Of a stretch of DNA of 64,000 nucleotides, positions 10,208 through 19,267 are shown piece after piece (the stretch's first letter is position 1; every line of letters starts with the position of its first letter). The DNA lies in sequence record DRR723986_15960; one strand, 5' to 3'. The position numbers were made by a program, and so were the translations under genes. The notes under the pieces were generated by a model, which saw only the letters and a list, made by a program, of their open reading frames with translations, did no database searches and was not told the origin of the DNA.

Positions 10208-11622
10208 TATTCAACAGTTTTGAGACCTAATGATTTTCCTTTTTCTAACATCAATTGAAAAGCAGCATCGTGTTCATTTGGTATATCACCTTCTAAGATG
10301 GCTTCTTTAATAGCCTCTTTAATAATTCCGATTTCTCGTGAAGGTTTTAAATTAAATGCTTCCATAATTTCTTCTCCACTTACAGGTGGTTGGAAATTAC
10401 GGATATGATCGCGTTCTTCAACTTCTATAATTTTGTCTCTAACAATTTTAAAGTTGTTATGATACTTTTTAAATTTCTTTGGGTTTTTTGTAGTGATATC
10501 TGCTTCACAGAGTGTCATTAAATCGTCTACATAATCACCTGCATCAAAAACTAATCGTCTGACGGCTGAGTCTGTTACTTGTGAGGCTAAAACTATTGGT
10601 CTAGAACTCATTAGTACCATTTTCTGTACAAACTTCATCTTTTCATTTAATGGCATTTTTAGACGCTTAAATAGTTTGTACACCATTTTAGATCCAACAA
10701 ATTCATGACCATGAAATGTCCAGCCAATTTTCTTATGAAATTTTTTTGTTGGTGCTTTACCAATATCGTGTAATAACGCAGCCCAGCGCAACCAAAGATT
10801 ATCAGTTGTTTTAGCTATATTATCTACCACCTCTAGCGTATGGTAGAAATTATCTTTATGTTTTTGACCTTCAATTTCATCGATACCTTTAAGCGCAGTT
10901 AATTCGGGTAATATAAAATCTAAAAGACCAGTTTTTTCTAATAGTTTAAATCCAATTGAAGGAGTATCACTTTCAAGAATTTTATGTAATTCAACAACTA
11001 TACGTTCTTTAGTTATTATTTTAATACGATCCGTATTATCTGATATAGCCTTTAAAGATTCTTCTTCTATTTTAAAATTAAGTTGTGTTGCAAACCTAAT
11101 TGCTCTGAGCATTCTAAGAGGATCATCACTATAGGTAATATCTGGATCTAAAGGTGTACGGATAATGCCTTTATCTAAATCTTCTAAACCGTTAAAAGGG
11201 TCTAATAATTCTCCAAAATTAGATGTGTTTAAACTAAGAGCTAAAGCATTAATTGTAAAATCGCGTCTATTTTGGTCATCTTCTAATGTACCGTTTTCTA
11301 CTACAGGATTTCTACTATCCTCATTATAACTTTCTTTCCTTGCACCAACAAACTCTATTTCAATGTCATCAAAACGTAGCATTGCGGTACCATAGGTTTT
11401 AAATATTTGTACTTTTGGTTGATTTGGTAAGTTTTTAGAAACCTCTTGTGCCAATTCTATACCACTACCAATGGCCACAACATCAATATCTTTGGCATTT
11501 CCTCGCTCTAAAAAATAATCACGTACAAATCCTCCAATGACATAGCAATCTACATTTAGTGCATCAGCAGAACCAGAGATCGTCTCAAAAATGTTATGTG
11601 ATATGGCGCGTTTGTGATTCAT
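10207..11622 (-). CDS. cca: CCA tRNA nucleotidyltransferase with HD domain
   Basis: GGFVRD, DID, RRDFTINA, DDPLRMLRA, LLHDIGK. Confidence 0.93.
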   Translation of the reverse strand: MNHKRAISHNIFETISGSADALNVDCYVIGGFVRDYFLERGNAKDIDVVAIGSGIELAQEVSKNLPNQPKVQIFKTYGTAMLRFDDIEIEFVGARKESYNEDSRNPVVENGTLEDDQNRRDFTINALALSLNTSNFGELLDPFNGLEDLDKGIIRTPLDPDITYSDDPLRMLRAIRFATQLNFKIEEESLKAISDNTDRIKIITKERIVVELHKILESDTPSIGFKLLEKTGLLDFILPELTALKGIDEIEGQKHKDNFYHTLEVVDNIAKTTDNLWLRWAALLHDIGKAPTKKFHKKIGWTFHGHEFVGSKMVYKLFKRLKMPLNEKMKFVQKMVLMSSRPIVLASQVTDSAVRRLVFDAGDYVDDLMTLCEADITTKNPKKFKKYHNNFKIVRDKIIEVEERDHIRNFQPPVSGEEIMEAFNLKPSREIGIIKEAIKEAILEGDIPNEHDAAFQLMLEKGKSLGLKTVE

Positions 11623-11684
11623 TAATTAATTGCTTTTTGAAACCTAAAAAATAGAACCTTCAAGAGATACTTTTTTTAGCTGTG

Positions 11685-11692
11685 CAAAGATA
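11685..11692 (-). promoter_or_regulatory. Bacteroidota housekeeping -7 element upstream of cca
   Basis: TATCTTTG on the minus strand matches TAnnTTTG. Confidence 0.6.
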
Positions 11693-11782
11693 CGATATGA
11701 TGGCAATGTTTTAAAATTGTAGCATTATAATAATCATAAAAATATTGACATTAAAGACTTTTAAAAATTGTAATATTGCTAC

Positions 11783-12541
11783 ATGAAAACTTTTAGAATT
11801 AAAAACGAGTTTGAATCAAATCGAGAACAACTCGATTTTTTCGTTGAAAATTTTAAAACAGAAGGCCAACCATTCGGTAATCAGAAAAGAAATTCATTAA
11901 AGCTTTTTGATCTTAACGGTATTCAGTTAAACATTAAATCATTTAGAATTCCAAATCTCGCTAATCAATTAGCTTATCGATTTTTTAGAAAAAGTAAGGC
12001 GCAACGCTCTTTTGAATATGGTTTACAACTTCAGGAATTGGGTATAGGAACACCAGAGCCTGTGGCATACTATGAGTATAGTAACCTAGTATTCTTTAAA
12101 AACAGTTATTACATATCTAAACAACTAGATTGTGATTTAACCTACCGAGAGTTGATTAAAGATTTTAATTACCCTGATAGAGAAAATATACTTCGAGCAT
12201 TCACAAGATTTACATTTAAATTGCATGAGAAAAACGTTAATTTTTTAGATCATTCTCCTGGCAATACATTAATTGTAAAAAATGAGGATAATTATGATTT
12301 TTATTTGGTGGATTTAAACCGTATGAAGTTTGAATACATGGACTTAAATTCACGTTTAAAGAATTTTGCTAAATTGACGAAACACGAAAGTATGGTGAAG
12401 ATAATGAGCGATGAATATGCAAAGTGTATAAATAAAAATAGTGATGACATCTTTGAGATGATGTGGCATCATACTAAAGAATTTAGAAAGCGTTACGAAA
12501 GACGAAGAGACCTTAAAAAGACCTTGAAATTCTGGAAGTAA
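11783..12541 (+). CDS. Lipopolysaccharide kinase (Kdo/WaaP/InaA family)
   Basis: KSFRIPN, SKAQRSFEY, LHEK..DHSPGN, LVDLNRM. Confidence 0.85.
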   Translation: MKTFRIKNEFESNREQLDFFVENFKTEGQPFGNQKRNSLKLFDLNGIQLNIKSFRIPNLANQLAYRFFRKSKAQRSFEYGLQLQELGIGTPEPVAYYEYSNLVFFKNSYYISKQLDCDLTYRELIKDFNYPDRENILRAFTRFTFKLHEKNVNFLDHSPGNTLIVKNEDNYDFYLVDLNRMKFEYMDLNSRLKNFAKLTKHESMVKIMSDEYAKCINKNSDDIFEMMWHHTKEFRKRYERRRDLKKTLKFWK

Positions 12542-12543
12542 AT

Positions 12544-13299
12544 CTATGTTCTGTTTTTACGAAGTAACCAAAGTTTTACATATCTCATAAAGACGGCATA
12601 TCCTTGTAAATATCCAATAGTTAAGCCAACAACACCATCTCTGAAACCACTTTGCACTATGTAATGTTTAAAAAATCCCCAAAAGGGTTTTATAACAAAA
12701 TGATATGGAGTAAGTGCTCCTGTTTTTTTATCATAATCTTTGGCTTGCCATGTCGCATAACGATTTAGTTTTTCTATAAACTTATCTAAAGTCACATAGG
12801 TATTATGATGAAATTTGTTTTTTAATCGACCTACTTTACCATCAGCAATAATTTCTGCATGTACATGTTTGTCTTCATATTTGCAAAAATCTCTTTTAAA
12901 CAGGCGTATCACTTTATCATTGCGCCATCCGCTATAGTTAACACGTTTTCCCATAAAGTGGTTCGCTCTGCCAATCCAGTAGGCCACTGTATATTCTGGT
13001 GGATTTTGTAAAATGCCTTTTATTTCTTGCTCTAATTCTGCTGTGACGCGCTCGTCTGCGTCTAATAAAAGAATCCATTGGTATTCAGCCTGTGGAATAG
13101 CCCAATTTTTTTGAGAGGCAGAATATTTGTAGTCTCTACGTATAACTTTAGTGGCTAATTCTTTTGCTTTTTCATAGGTGCCATCTGTACTAAAACTATC
13201 TACTACAAGAATTTCATCTGCAAAACTTACTGAGGCAATAACTTCTTCGATATTTGCAATCTCATTTCCTGTTGGTATGATAGCTGTAAGTTTCTGCAT
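12544..13299 (-). CDS. Glycosyltransferase family 2 (WaaE/LgtF-like)
   Basis: VVDSFSTDGT, QKNWA, LDADE, VHAEI. Confidence 0.92.
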   Translation of the reverse strand: MQKLTAIIPTGNEIANIEEVIASVSFADEILVVDSFSTDGTYEKAKELATKVIRRDYKYSASQKNWAIPQAEYQWILLLDADERVTAELEQEIKGILQNPPEYTVAYWIGRANHFMGKRVNYSGWRNDKVIRLFKRDFCKYEDKHVHAEIIADGKVGRLKNKFHHNTYVTLDKFIEKLNRYATWQAKDYDKKTGALTPYHFVIKPFWGFFKHYIVQSGFRDGVVGLTIGYLQGYAVFMRYVKLWLLRKNRT

Positions 13300-13301
13300 T
13301 T

Positions 13302-14384
13302 TTAATTTTTCGTAATTGTAAATGGTTTGTTGAAACTTTTAAAGCTGAAATAATTAAGTTTCTTTCTAATCTTATATTTGCGGACCAAATTTAAAGGTTT
13401 AGATTTTAAATGAGTCTTGTCTTCATGTAAAAAATCTATGGCAGCATCTAAAATACGTTGACTAGATTTACCGTCACTATATGGATGTAATTTTTGAATA
13501 TATTTTTCAATGTTATTTAATATTCCTTCTTCGTATGATAGGGCTTTTAAAAATGCCTGTTCAATATCGTTTGCATTTTTTATATCAATTAAATAGTCAC
13601 GATCCATGGTGTGCCTTATAGTAACAACTGGTTTTTTTTGTAAAATAAATTCTTGAATGGCAGAAGTAGTATCTGCAAACATTATATCTGATCTTTTAAA
13701 TAAAGGAATTAAATCGGTTGTATCGTAAAACGTAAAATTATCGCTATTCAAACCTTTCCATTTTTCTTTGACACTATCTGGAAGTTTAGGGTGTAAAACC
13801 ATATTAAATTTAAAGGCTTGACTATGTGTTAACTGTTTTATTTTATTATAAATATCGTCATCATAGGCGAGACTCAAACGTTTTGTGAAAGTTGAAGCAA
13901 TCATAACCGTTGGTATACCTGTAACCTCCTTTTTTTGAATAGGGAAGAGAGGGTCTACCTTAGACCATCCAGTTTCTATGACTTTAAAATATGAATGTTG
14001 TTGGGATAATTTTTTAAATATTTCCGTTGTATTAGGACCATGAGTACAATATAAATCAAAAAAGCCACGAAGTCTAAAATGAGCATAAGAGTTATTCTTA
14101 CCGGGTCGTTTTTCTGCATGAAAACCATGAAATATTTGAACTTTTAATGCGTCAAAAAAGTCAGGCACAGAATCTGTTGCGGTTAATATTATGTGCGGAG
14201 AATAGTCTAAAATCTCCTGAACGGTATTAATAGAATTCGATTTTTTTTTAAGTTCCGTTTTACCCTCTAGGTCGTCAGCGAACCATTTCACAGTATATCC
14301 TCTTTTTAGAATTTCCTTTTCTAAAGGTATTCCAATAGGTATAGAATAACTATAGGAAATGTATATGAGAAACTTGTAGTTCAT
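13302..14384 (-). CDS. CDP-glycerol glycerophosphotransferase (TagB/TagF-like, GT-B fold)
   Basis: QIFHGF, TGWSKVD, ASTF, LHP, DTTSAIQEF, DGKSSQRI. Confidence 0.75.
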   Translation of the reverse strand: MNYKFLIYISYSYSIPIGIPLEKEILKRGYTVKWFADDLEGKTELKKKSNSINTVQEILDYSPHIILTATDSVPDFFDALKVQIFHGFHAEKRPGKNNSYAHFRLRGFFDLYCTHGPNTTEIFKKLSQQHSYFKVIETGWSKVDPLFPIQKKEVTGIPTVMIASTFTKRLSLAYDDDIYNKIKQLTHSQAFKFNMVLHPKLPDSVKEKWKGLNSDNFTFYDTTDLIPLFKRSDIMFADTTSAIQEFILQKKPVVTIRHTMDRDYLIDIKNANDIEQAFLKALSYEEGILNNIEKYIQKLHPYSDGKSSQRILDAAIDFLHEDKTHLKSKPLNLVRKYKIRKKLNYFSFKSFNKPFTITKN

Positions 14385-14409
14385 TTATTAATTGATTCTG
14401 AAGGCGAAA

Positions 14410-15375
14410 TTAATTTTTATTAGCTTTAGTTCTATCCTTCAACCAGCTTAGTATGTAATCTAAAGTCTTAGTAGGACTAGTGTCTAAGCTTTGAAGTCCT
14501 AAGAACAATTTTCCTTTAGACTTTACATTTAATTTAAACTTATACCAATACAAAGGTTTTTTATAAGACCTAAAGTAGAGTAATTCTAAATCGCTTTTAA
14601 AGTAGCAAGTCTTGTTCTTTATTTCTAGATGATTGGCTAAACCCTGTGGTGTGAATTGGTTTGCATTTCTAAACCGATGCTTTATGTTTTCTATCAGTAC
14701 ATTCTCGTTTTCTTTAAAGTAATTTTCAAAAGTTGATTTACGAAGTGGGTGTGGGGTATGCCTGAATCTATAATATTTTTTGAAACCTAATAATTTGGCT
14801 GCTTTTTGCTGTGCTGTTTTATGGCCAATTTTCGGTTTTTTTAAAATTGTTTTAAACTTGTTTTCTTCAAATTTTGTCCATTTCCCTCTTAAAACGGGAT
14901 AGCCGTTTTTAAAAAAATCTTGTGGTTTAGTTTCGTTAATTAAAAAAACATCATCATTTAGGTAAAGAAAATGTTCTGCTAATTTAGGTATTCTATGCAG
15001 GCAAGTATCAATTGGTCGGTTATTGAACGTTGGTAGATATTCTTCATAACCAGAAAAAATTACACTATGGTCAATGATGGAGACTTTTTTGTAAAAATCA
15101 GTATCAATTGTTTCTTTTAAGAAATTTGGTGTTTGGTTATCTGTAACTAAATAAATGTTTCTTACGAACGGTGCAAATTTTAAAATTGAATCGACAGCAA
15201 ATTTTATTTCATCTACATGCTCAAATCTAGTCTTGAAGCCTTTAGTTTGAATTAAAGATTTATCTTCTAGATAAGGTAGCATTTTAGAGATGTGATTACT
15301 ATCATTTCCATCTACCCATGGAATTACAACGTCAATGGGTGTTTTTTTACTAAGTTCTATGCTGTTGTTTTTCAT
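14410..15375 (-). CDS. Stealth-family hexose-phosphate transferase
   Basis: CR1 IDVVIPWVDGND; CR2 SILKFAPFVRNI..NQTP..IIDH..PTFN..IPKLAEHFLYLNDD; CR3 HTPHPLRK. Confidence 0.9.
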   Translation of the reverse strand: MKNNSIELSKKTPIDVVIPWVDGNDSNHISKMLPYLEDKSLIQTKGFKTRFEHVDEIKFAVDSILKFAPFVRNIYLVTDNQTPNFLKETIDTDFYKKVSIIDHSVIFSGYEEYLPTFNNRPIDTCLHRIPKLAEHFLYLNDDVFLINETKPQDFFKNGYPVLRGKWTKFEENKFKTILKKPKIGHKTAQQKAAKLLGFKKYYRFRHTPHPLRKSTFENYFKENENVLIENIKHRFRNANQFTPQGLANHLEIKNKTCYFKSDLELLYFRSYKKPLYWYKFKLNVKSKGKLFLGLQSLDTSPTKTLDYILSWLKDRTKANKN

Positions 15376-15410
15376 TAGTTTACAAATATTTTTATAAAAT
15401 ATTCAAGCAA

Positions 15411-16346
15411 TTAATCATATTCAGTTATAACATTTTGACCCTTTTCAATTTTTGGTAGATTAAAATAATCTCCAATAATTTTATTATACGTATCAGGATA
15501 AAAATCTTTTCTACCACCAGAGGGGTAAAATGTCATTTCTCCAAAAATAGAAGTTCCGTTCACGGAGTAGAAATCGACACGTACAAAAGGTAAATTGCCA
15601 GCTAATGTTTGAGATAATTTAGCCATTTCATTAAAGTTGCTGGGTTTTTCTAATCTTGATGATATGCTTTTGTAAGCCATACTTTTACCAAAGGGTAACA
15701 GATTAAAATCAAGATCATAACAACCTTGTTTATGGTCTTCGTCTCTATCTATATGGATATCCACAAACTTGGCTACACCATTAAAACAATAAAACTTATA
15801 ATCAACAAGAGCGCTTTTCCCGTTTTCTTTTAAGAACTTTTCTACTATTAATCTTGGTTTAACATCTTTATAAGCCCATTCTCTACTTCTTAAATAATAA
15901 TCGGTTTTTCCTAACCATTTATTTAGTCGTCTTATGCTCTTTTTTTTATCAAGTTTTTTCTTGTCTTTTACAATGAGATTATATCCGCTGGTGTTTGTGG
16001 CTTTAATTACAAATTTATTGGGTAATTCATCAAAAGGTATTTCTTCAGGTGTTTTATACACTCCATAAATATCATTGAGGTATTGAGATCCAATTTTATC
16101 TTCCACATAAGTTCTTACAGCATATTTATCTACAAGTTGGTTTAAAATTTTTGGATGGTAGTATAATTTGTACCATTGAATTTTCTCATTAAATTCTTTT
16201 GGGTTTTCTAAATTCAATTTCTTCCCAGTATAATAATTATAAAGATATTGAACATAGGTTTCTGGAGATACAAATTTTAATTTCCGAGCTAAAACGATAC
16301 GATTTCTTTTTAATTTCTTTTTTATTATTTGGAGTAGTTTTATCAT
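15411..16346 (-). CDS. TupA-like ATP-grasp amidoligase
   Basis: FNEKIQW, DKYAVR.YV, LPNKFVIKA, REWAY, DYKFYCFNG, VRVDFY, FGEMTFYP. Confidence 0.88.
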   Translation of the reverse strand: MIKLLQIIKKKLKRNRIVLARKLKFVSPETYVQYLYNYYTGKKLNLENPKEFNEKIQWYKLYYHPKILNQLVDKYAVRTYVEDKIGSQYLNDIYGVYKTPEEIPFDELPNKFVIKATNTSGYNLIVKDKKKLDKKKSIRRLNKWLGKTDYYLRSREWAYKDVKPRLIVEKFLKENGKSALVDYKFYCFNGVAKFVDIHIDRDEDHKQGCYDLDFNLLPFGKSMAYKSISSRLEKPSNFNEMAKLSQTLAGNLPFVRVDFYSVNGTSIFGEMTFYPSGGRKDFYPDTYNKIIGDYFNLPKIEKGQNVITEYD

Positions 16347-16375
16347 AAAATTGAATCATTTTATTATGTACTGGT

Positions 16376-17038
16376 TTAATTAATTCGATAACCAAACCCA
16401 TCAATAACGTATTGCTTGCATGGAGCACATTTACCACAAGGCTTATCAACAGAACGATGACAAAACCAAGTGTCATTTAAAATGTCAATAAATCCATGTC
16501 TTTCAGCATAGCTTTTCATTTCTAATTTAGAAATATAACAGAGCGGAAACCTAACGTTTTTAAAAAGTTGGCTTCTAAGAAATCCTATTTTTTTTGGATT
16601 TACAATCCAATTTTTACTACCAGTTTCATCTTTAATTTCAGAAAGTTCATCTATGTTTATAAGTTGTTCTCTGTCTTCTTTATGGAAACATTGCTCCAAA
16701 TTCGGGTATTGTTTTATTAAACTAGCCAACCAATAGTATTGTTTACCAATGTGTTGCTTTTTTTTAATTAACTGATATATTATTTTTAAATATAGGTTAG
16801 AAGGAATATCTCTTCGCTTTATATATTTTGGAGGTTGTATATCTCCTTTAGAGTCTTTAAACCTATCTTTTATCTTCTGAGTTAATAATTCAATAGTCTC
16901 AATCTCTTTTTTTGTTGATTTTCTATTGTGATCTATAACATAAATAGGTTTAATAATTACATCCTTTTGATAAAGTTGAATCACTCTAAAGGTAGAGTCC
17001 CAGCCACCTGTCCATAATGCATATTGTTCCACACTCAT
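16376..17038 (-). CDS. QueC-like PP-loop ATPase with Zn-binding tail
   Basis: WTGGWDST PP-loop variant, FPL..SK, TWFC..PCGKCAPC. Confidence 0.78.
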   Translation of the reverse strand: MSVEQYALWTGGWDSTFRVIQLYQKDVIIKPIYVIDHNRKSTKKEIETIELLTQKIKDRFKDSKGDIQPPKYIKRRDIPSNLYLKIIYQLIKKKQHIGKQYYWLASLIKQYPNLEQCFHKEDREQLINIDELSEIKDETGSKNWIVNPKKIGFLRSQLFKNVRFPLCYISKLEMKSYAERHGFIDILNDTWFCHRSVDKPCGKCAPCKQYVIDGFGYRIN

Positions 17039-17040
17039 AA

Positions 17041-17856
17041 TTATACAGCTATATCATATTCTCTTAAAGCATCATTCAAAGAGGTCTTTTTGTCAGTGCT
17101 TTCCTTACGTTTTCCAATAATCAATGCACAAGGTACTTGAAATTCTCCAGCAGCAAAATTTTTAGTATAACTTCCTGGTATAACAACAGATCTGGCAGGC
17201 ACAACACCTTTCATTTCTTTGGGTTTGTCACCTGTAACGTCTATAATTTTAGTACTCATTGTTAATACCACATTTGCACCTAAAACAGCTTCTTTTTCAA
17301 CTCTAACACCCTCAACTACAATACATCGAGACCCAATAAAAGCACCATCTTCAATAATCACAGGAGCTGCTTGTAAGGGTTCTAAGACTCCACCAATACC
17401 AACACCACCCGAGAGGTGTACATTTTTACCGATTTGAGCACAGCTACCAACAGTTGCCCAGGTATCCACCATTGTGCCTTCATCTACATAAGCACCTATA
17501 TTAATGTAACTGGGCATCATTATAACACCTTTAGAGATATAAGCACCATGTCTTGCAACAGCATGAGGAACAACTCTAATCCCTTTTTCTTTATAATTTC
17601 TTTTTAATGGAATTTTATCATGATATTCAAAAATGCCAACTTCAAAGGTTTCCATTTTCTGAATAGGAAAATAAAGCACCACAGCTTTTTTTACCCATTC
17701 ATTTACTTGCCAACCATTTTCAGTAGGTTCCGCAACTCTCAGTGTGCCTTGGTCAATAAGATCAATTACACTTCTAATGGCATCTATAGTTACTCTATTT
17801 TTCAATTGGGAACGGTCCTCCCAGGCATTTTCTATAACAGATTGTAGTTGTTGCAT
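17041..17856 (-). CDS. dapD: Tetrahydrodipicolinate N-succinyltransferase
   Basis: W.VNEWVKKAV.LYF, VDTWATVGSCAQIG, GGVLEP, hexapeptide repeats. Confidence 0.97.
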   Translation of the reverse strand: MQQLQSVIENAWEDRSQLKNRVTIDAIRSVIDLIDQGTLRVAEPTENGWQVNEWVKKAVVLYFPIQKMETFEVGIFEYHDKIPLKRNYKEKGIRVVPHAVARHGAYISKGVIMMPSYINIGAYVDEGTMVDTWATVGSCAQIGKNVHLSGGVGIGGVLEPLQAAPVIIEDGAFIGSRCIVVEGVRVEKEAVLGANVVLTMSTKIIDVTGDKPKEMKGVVPARSVVIPGSYTKNFAAGEFQVPCALIIGKRKESTDKKTSLNDALREYDIAV

Positions 17857-17877
17857 TGTTCATCAATTTTATTTCAC

Positions 17878-17885
17878 CAAATATA
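17878..17885 (-). promoter_or_regulatory. -7 element for the dapD-glycan operon
   Basis: TATATTTG on the minus strand, 21 nt upstream of the ATG. Confidence 0.6.
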
Positions 17886-17925
17886 CTTTTATAATCATTG
17901 ATGTTAAAGTTCTTATTTAAAAAAA

Positions 17926-17954
17926 TGTGACCTACTTAATTTTTGTGTATCTTA
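17926..17954 (+). promoter_or_regulatory. ECF-type promoter of sRNA candidate 1
   Basis: TGTGAC-N16-TATCTTA. Confidence 0.55.
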
Positions 17955-17958
17955 AAGG

Positions 17959-18048
17959 TGTTAAAGTCGAAGATGTTAAACTTAATATCCGAGAATTTAA
18001 TTAATAGCTAATTCTGAAAACTCCTTTTTTAAAAGGAGTTTTCTTTTT
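17959..18048 (+). ncRNA. Candidate sRNA, tandem copy 1 (ends approximate)
   Basis: 5' hairpin GATGTTAA/TTAATATC, single-stranded TAATTAATAGCTAATT, then a terminator; no ORF in the track. Confidence 0.55.
18016..18048 (+). terminator. Rho-independent terminator
   Basis: GAAAACTCCTTTT/AAAAGGAGTTTTC inverted repeat followed by TTTTT. Confidence 0.8.
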
Positions 18049-18053
18049 ATAAA

Positions 18054-18082
18054 TGTGACCAATTTAAAATAGATGTGTCTTA
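18054..18082 (+). promoter_or_regulatory. ECF-type promoter of sRNA candidate 2
   Basis: TGTGAC-N16-TGTCTTA. Confidence 0.55.
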
Positions 18083-18086
18083 TATA

Positions 18087-18192
18087 TAATTAATGACATG
18101 ATTGATTTATTTAGAGGGTAATAAAATCATAACATAATTAATAGCTGATTATTTCAAAACGCTTCTTTCTACTAAGAGGCGTTTTATTTTTT
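18087..18192 (+). ncRNA. Candidate sRNA, tandem copy 2 (ends approximate)
   Basis: 5' hairpin ATGAT..TTTATT/AATAAA.ATCAT, single-stranded TAATTAATAGCTGATT, then a terminator. Confidence 0.55.
18156..18192 (+). terminator. Rho-independent terminator
   Basis: AAAACGCTTCTT/AAGAGGCGTTTT (one G-U pair) followed by a T-run. Confidence 0.8.
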
Positions 18193-18199
18193 ATTCACT

Positions 18200-18207
18200 T
18201 ATCTTTG
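18200..18207 (+). promoter_or_regulatory. -7 element of ruvX
   Basis: TATCTTTG, 6 nt before the ATG at 18214. Confidence 0.65.
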
Positions 18208-18213
18208 CAGCCT

Positions 18214-18627
18214 ATGGCAAGAATTTTAGCAATAGATTACGGAACAAAACGCACTGGTTTGGCAGTAACAGATGAGATGCAAATAATAGCATCTGGTCTC
18301 ACAACTGTTAGTACTAAAGAGCTTTTAAATTTTATTATTAATTATATTCAATCTGAAAATGTTGAGAAATTTGTAGTAGGATTACCAAAACAAATGGATA
18401 ATACAGCTTCAGAAAGTGAAATACATATTTTAAAATTTTTAGAAAAGTTAAAGGAACAGATTCCTCACATACCTGTTGAAAGAGTGGACGAACGTTTTAC
18501 ATCTAAAATGGCGTTTCAAACGATGATTGATAGTGGTCTAAAGAAAAAACAAAGACAAAATAAAGCGCTTATTGATGAAATAAGTGCAACCTTAATTTTA
18601 CAAAGCTATTTAGCATCAAATTCTTAA
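18214..18627 (+). CDS. ruvX: YqgF/RuvX nuclease (pre-16S rRNA processing)
   Basis: ILAIDYGTKRTG, VVGLP, VDERFTS, IDEISA.LILQ; ATG at 18214. Confidence 0.95.
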   Translation: MARILAIDYGTKRTGLAVTDEMQIIASGLTTVSTKELLNFIINYIQSENVEKFVVGLPKQMDNTASESEIHILKFLEKLKEQIPHIPVERVDERFTSKMAFQTMIDSGLKKKQRQNKALIDEISATLILQSYLASNS

Positions 18628-18637
18628 ATAAGAATTG

Positions 18638-18645
18638 TATTTTTG
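18638..18645 (+). promoter_or_regulatory. -7 element of def
   Basis: TATTTTTG. Confidence 0.55.
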
Positions 18646-18666
18646 CACCCGAAAACGTAGAGAATT

Positions 18667-19257
18667 ATGATTTTACCTATCGTCGCATATGGTGATGCCG
18701 TTCTAAAAAGAAAGGCCAAGGAGATAGACAAAGATTATCCTAAACTAGATGAACTAATAGAAAACATGTACGAAACTATGTATGGTGCGTATGGTGTTGG
18801 TTTAGCAGCTCCTCAAATAGGGTTGTCTATACGTTTGTTTTTAGTGGATACAGAACCTTTTTCTGAAGATGAAGACCTATCTGAAAAGGATAGAGAGCAG
18901 ATGAAAAACTTTAAAAAGACCTTTATTAATCCTATAATATTAGAAGAAGAAGGTGATGAGTGGGCTTTTAATGAAGGCTGCTTAAGTATACCAGATGTAA
19001 GAGAGGATGTATTTAGACAGCCTAAGATTAAAATACAATATCAAGACGAAAATTTCGAAACACACGTCGAAGAGTATAATGGCTTAATTGCACGAGTAAT
19101 TCAGCATGAGTACGATCATATTGAAGGTGTTTTATTCACTGACAAATTATCATCATTCAAAAAACGTTTAATCAAGGGGAAATTATCGAATATCTCTAAA
19201 GGAAAAATTAAAATAGATTACAAAATGCGTTTTCCTGCAATGAGCAGAAAGCGTTAA
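18667..19257 (+). CDS. def: Peptide deformylase
   Basis: GVGLAAPQ, EGCLS, QHEYDH. Confidence 0.97.
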   Translation: MILPIVAYGDAVLKRKAKEIDKDYPKLDELIENMYETMYGAYGVGLAAPQIGLSIRLFLVDTEPFSEDEDLSEKDREQMKNFKKTFINPIILEEEGDEWAFNEGCLSIPDVREDVFRQPKIKIQYQDENFETHVEEYNGLIARVIQHEYDHIEGVLFTDKLSSFKKRLIKGKLSNISKGKIKIDYKMRFPAMSRKR

Positions 19258-19267
19258 TACAATATAT

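Noticed and set aside
16376-17038. Calling this gene queC or a Qat/CBASS defence component
   Set aside because: Divergent motifs and no partner genes; the context is glycan biosynthesis
17920-18192. Tandem units read as a mini-CRISPR array or REP elements
   Set aside because: Only two units, only short promoter and seed motifs are shared, the hairpin sequences differ, and there are no cas genes
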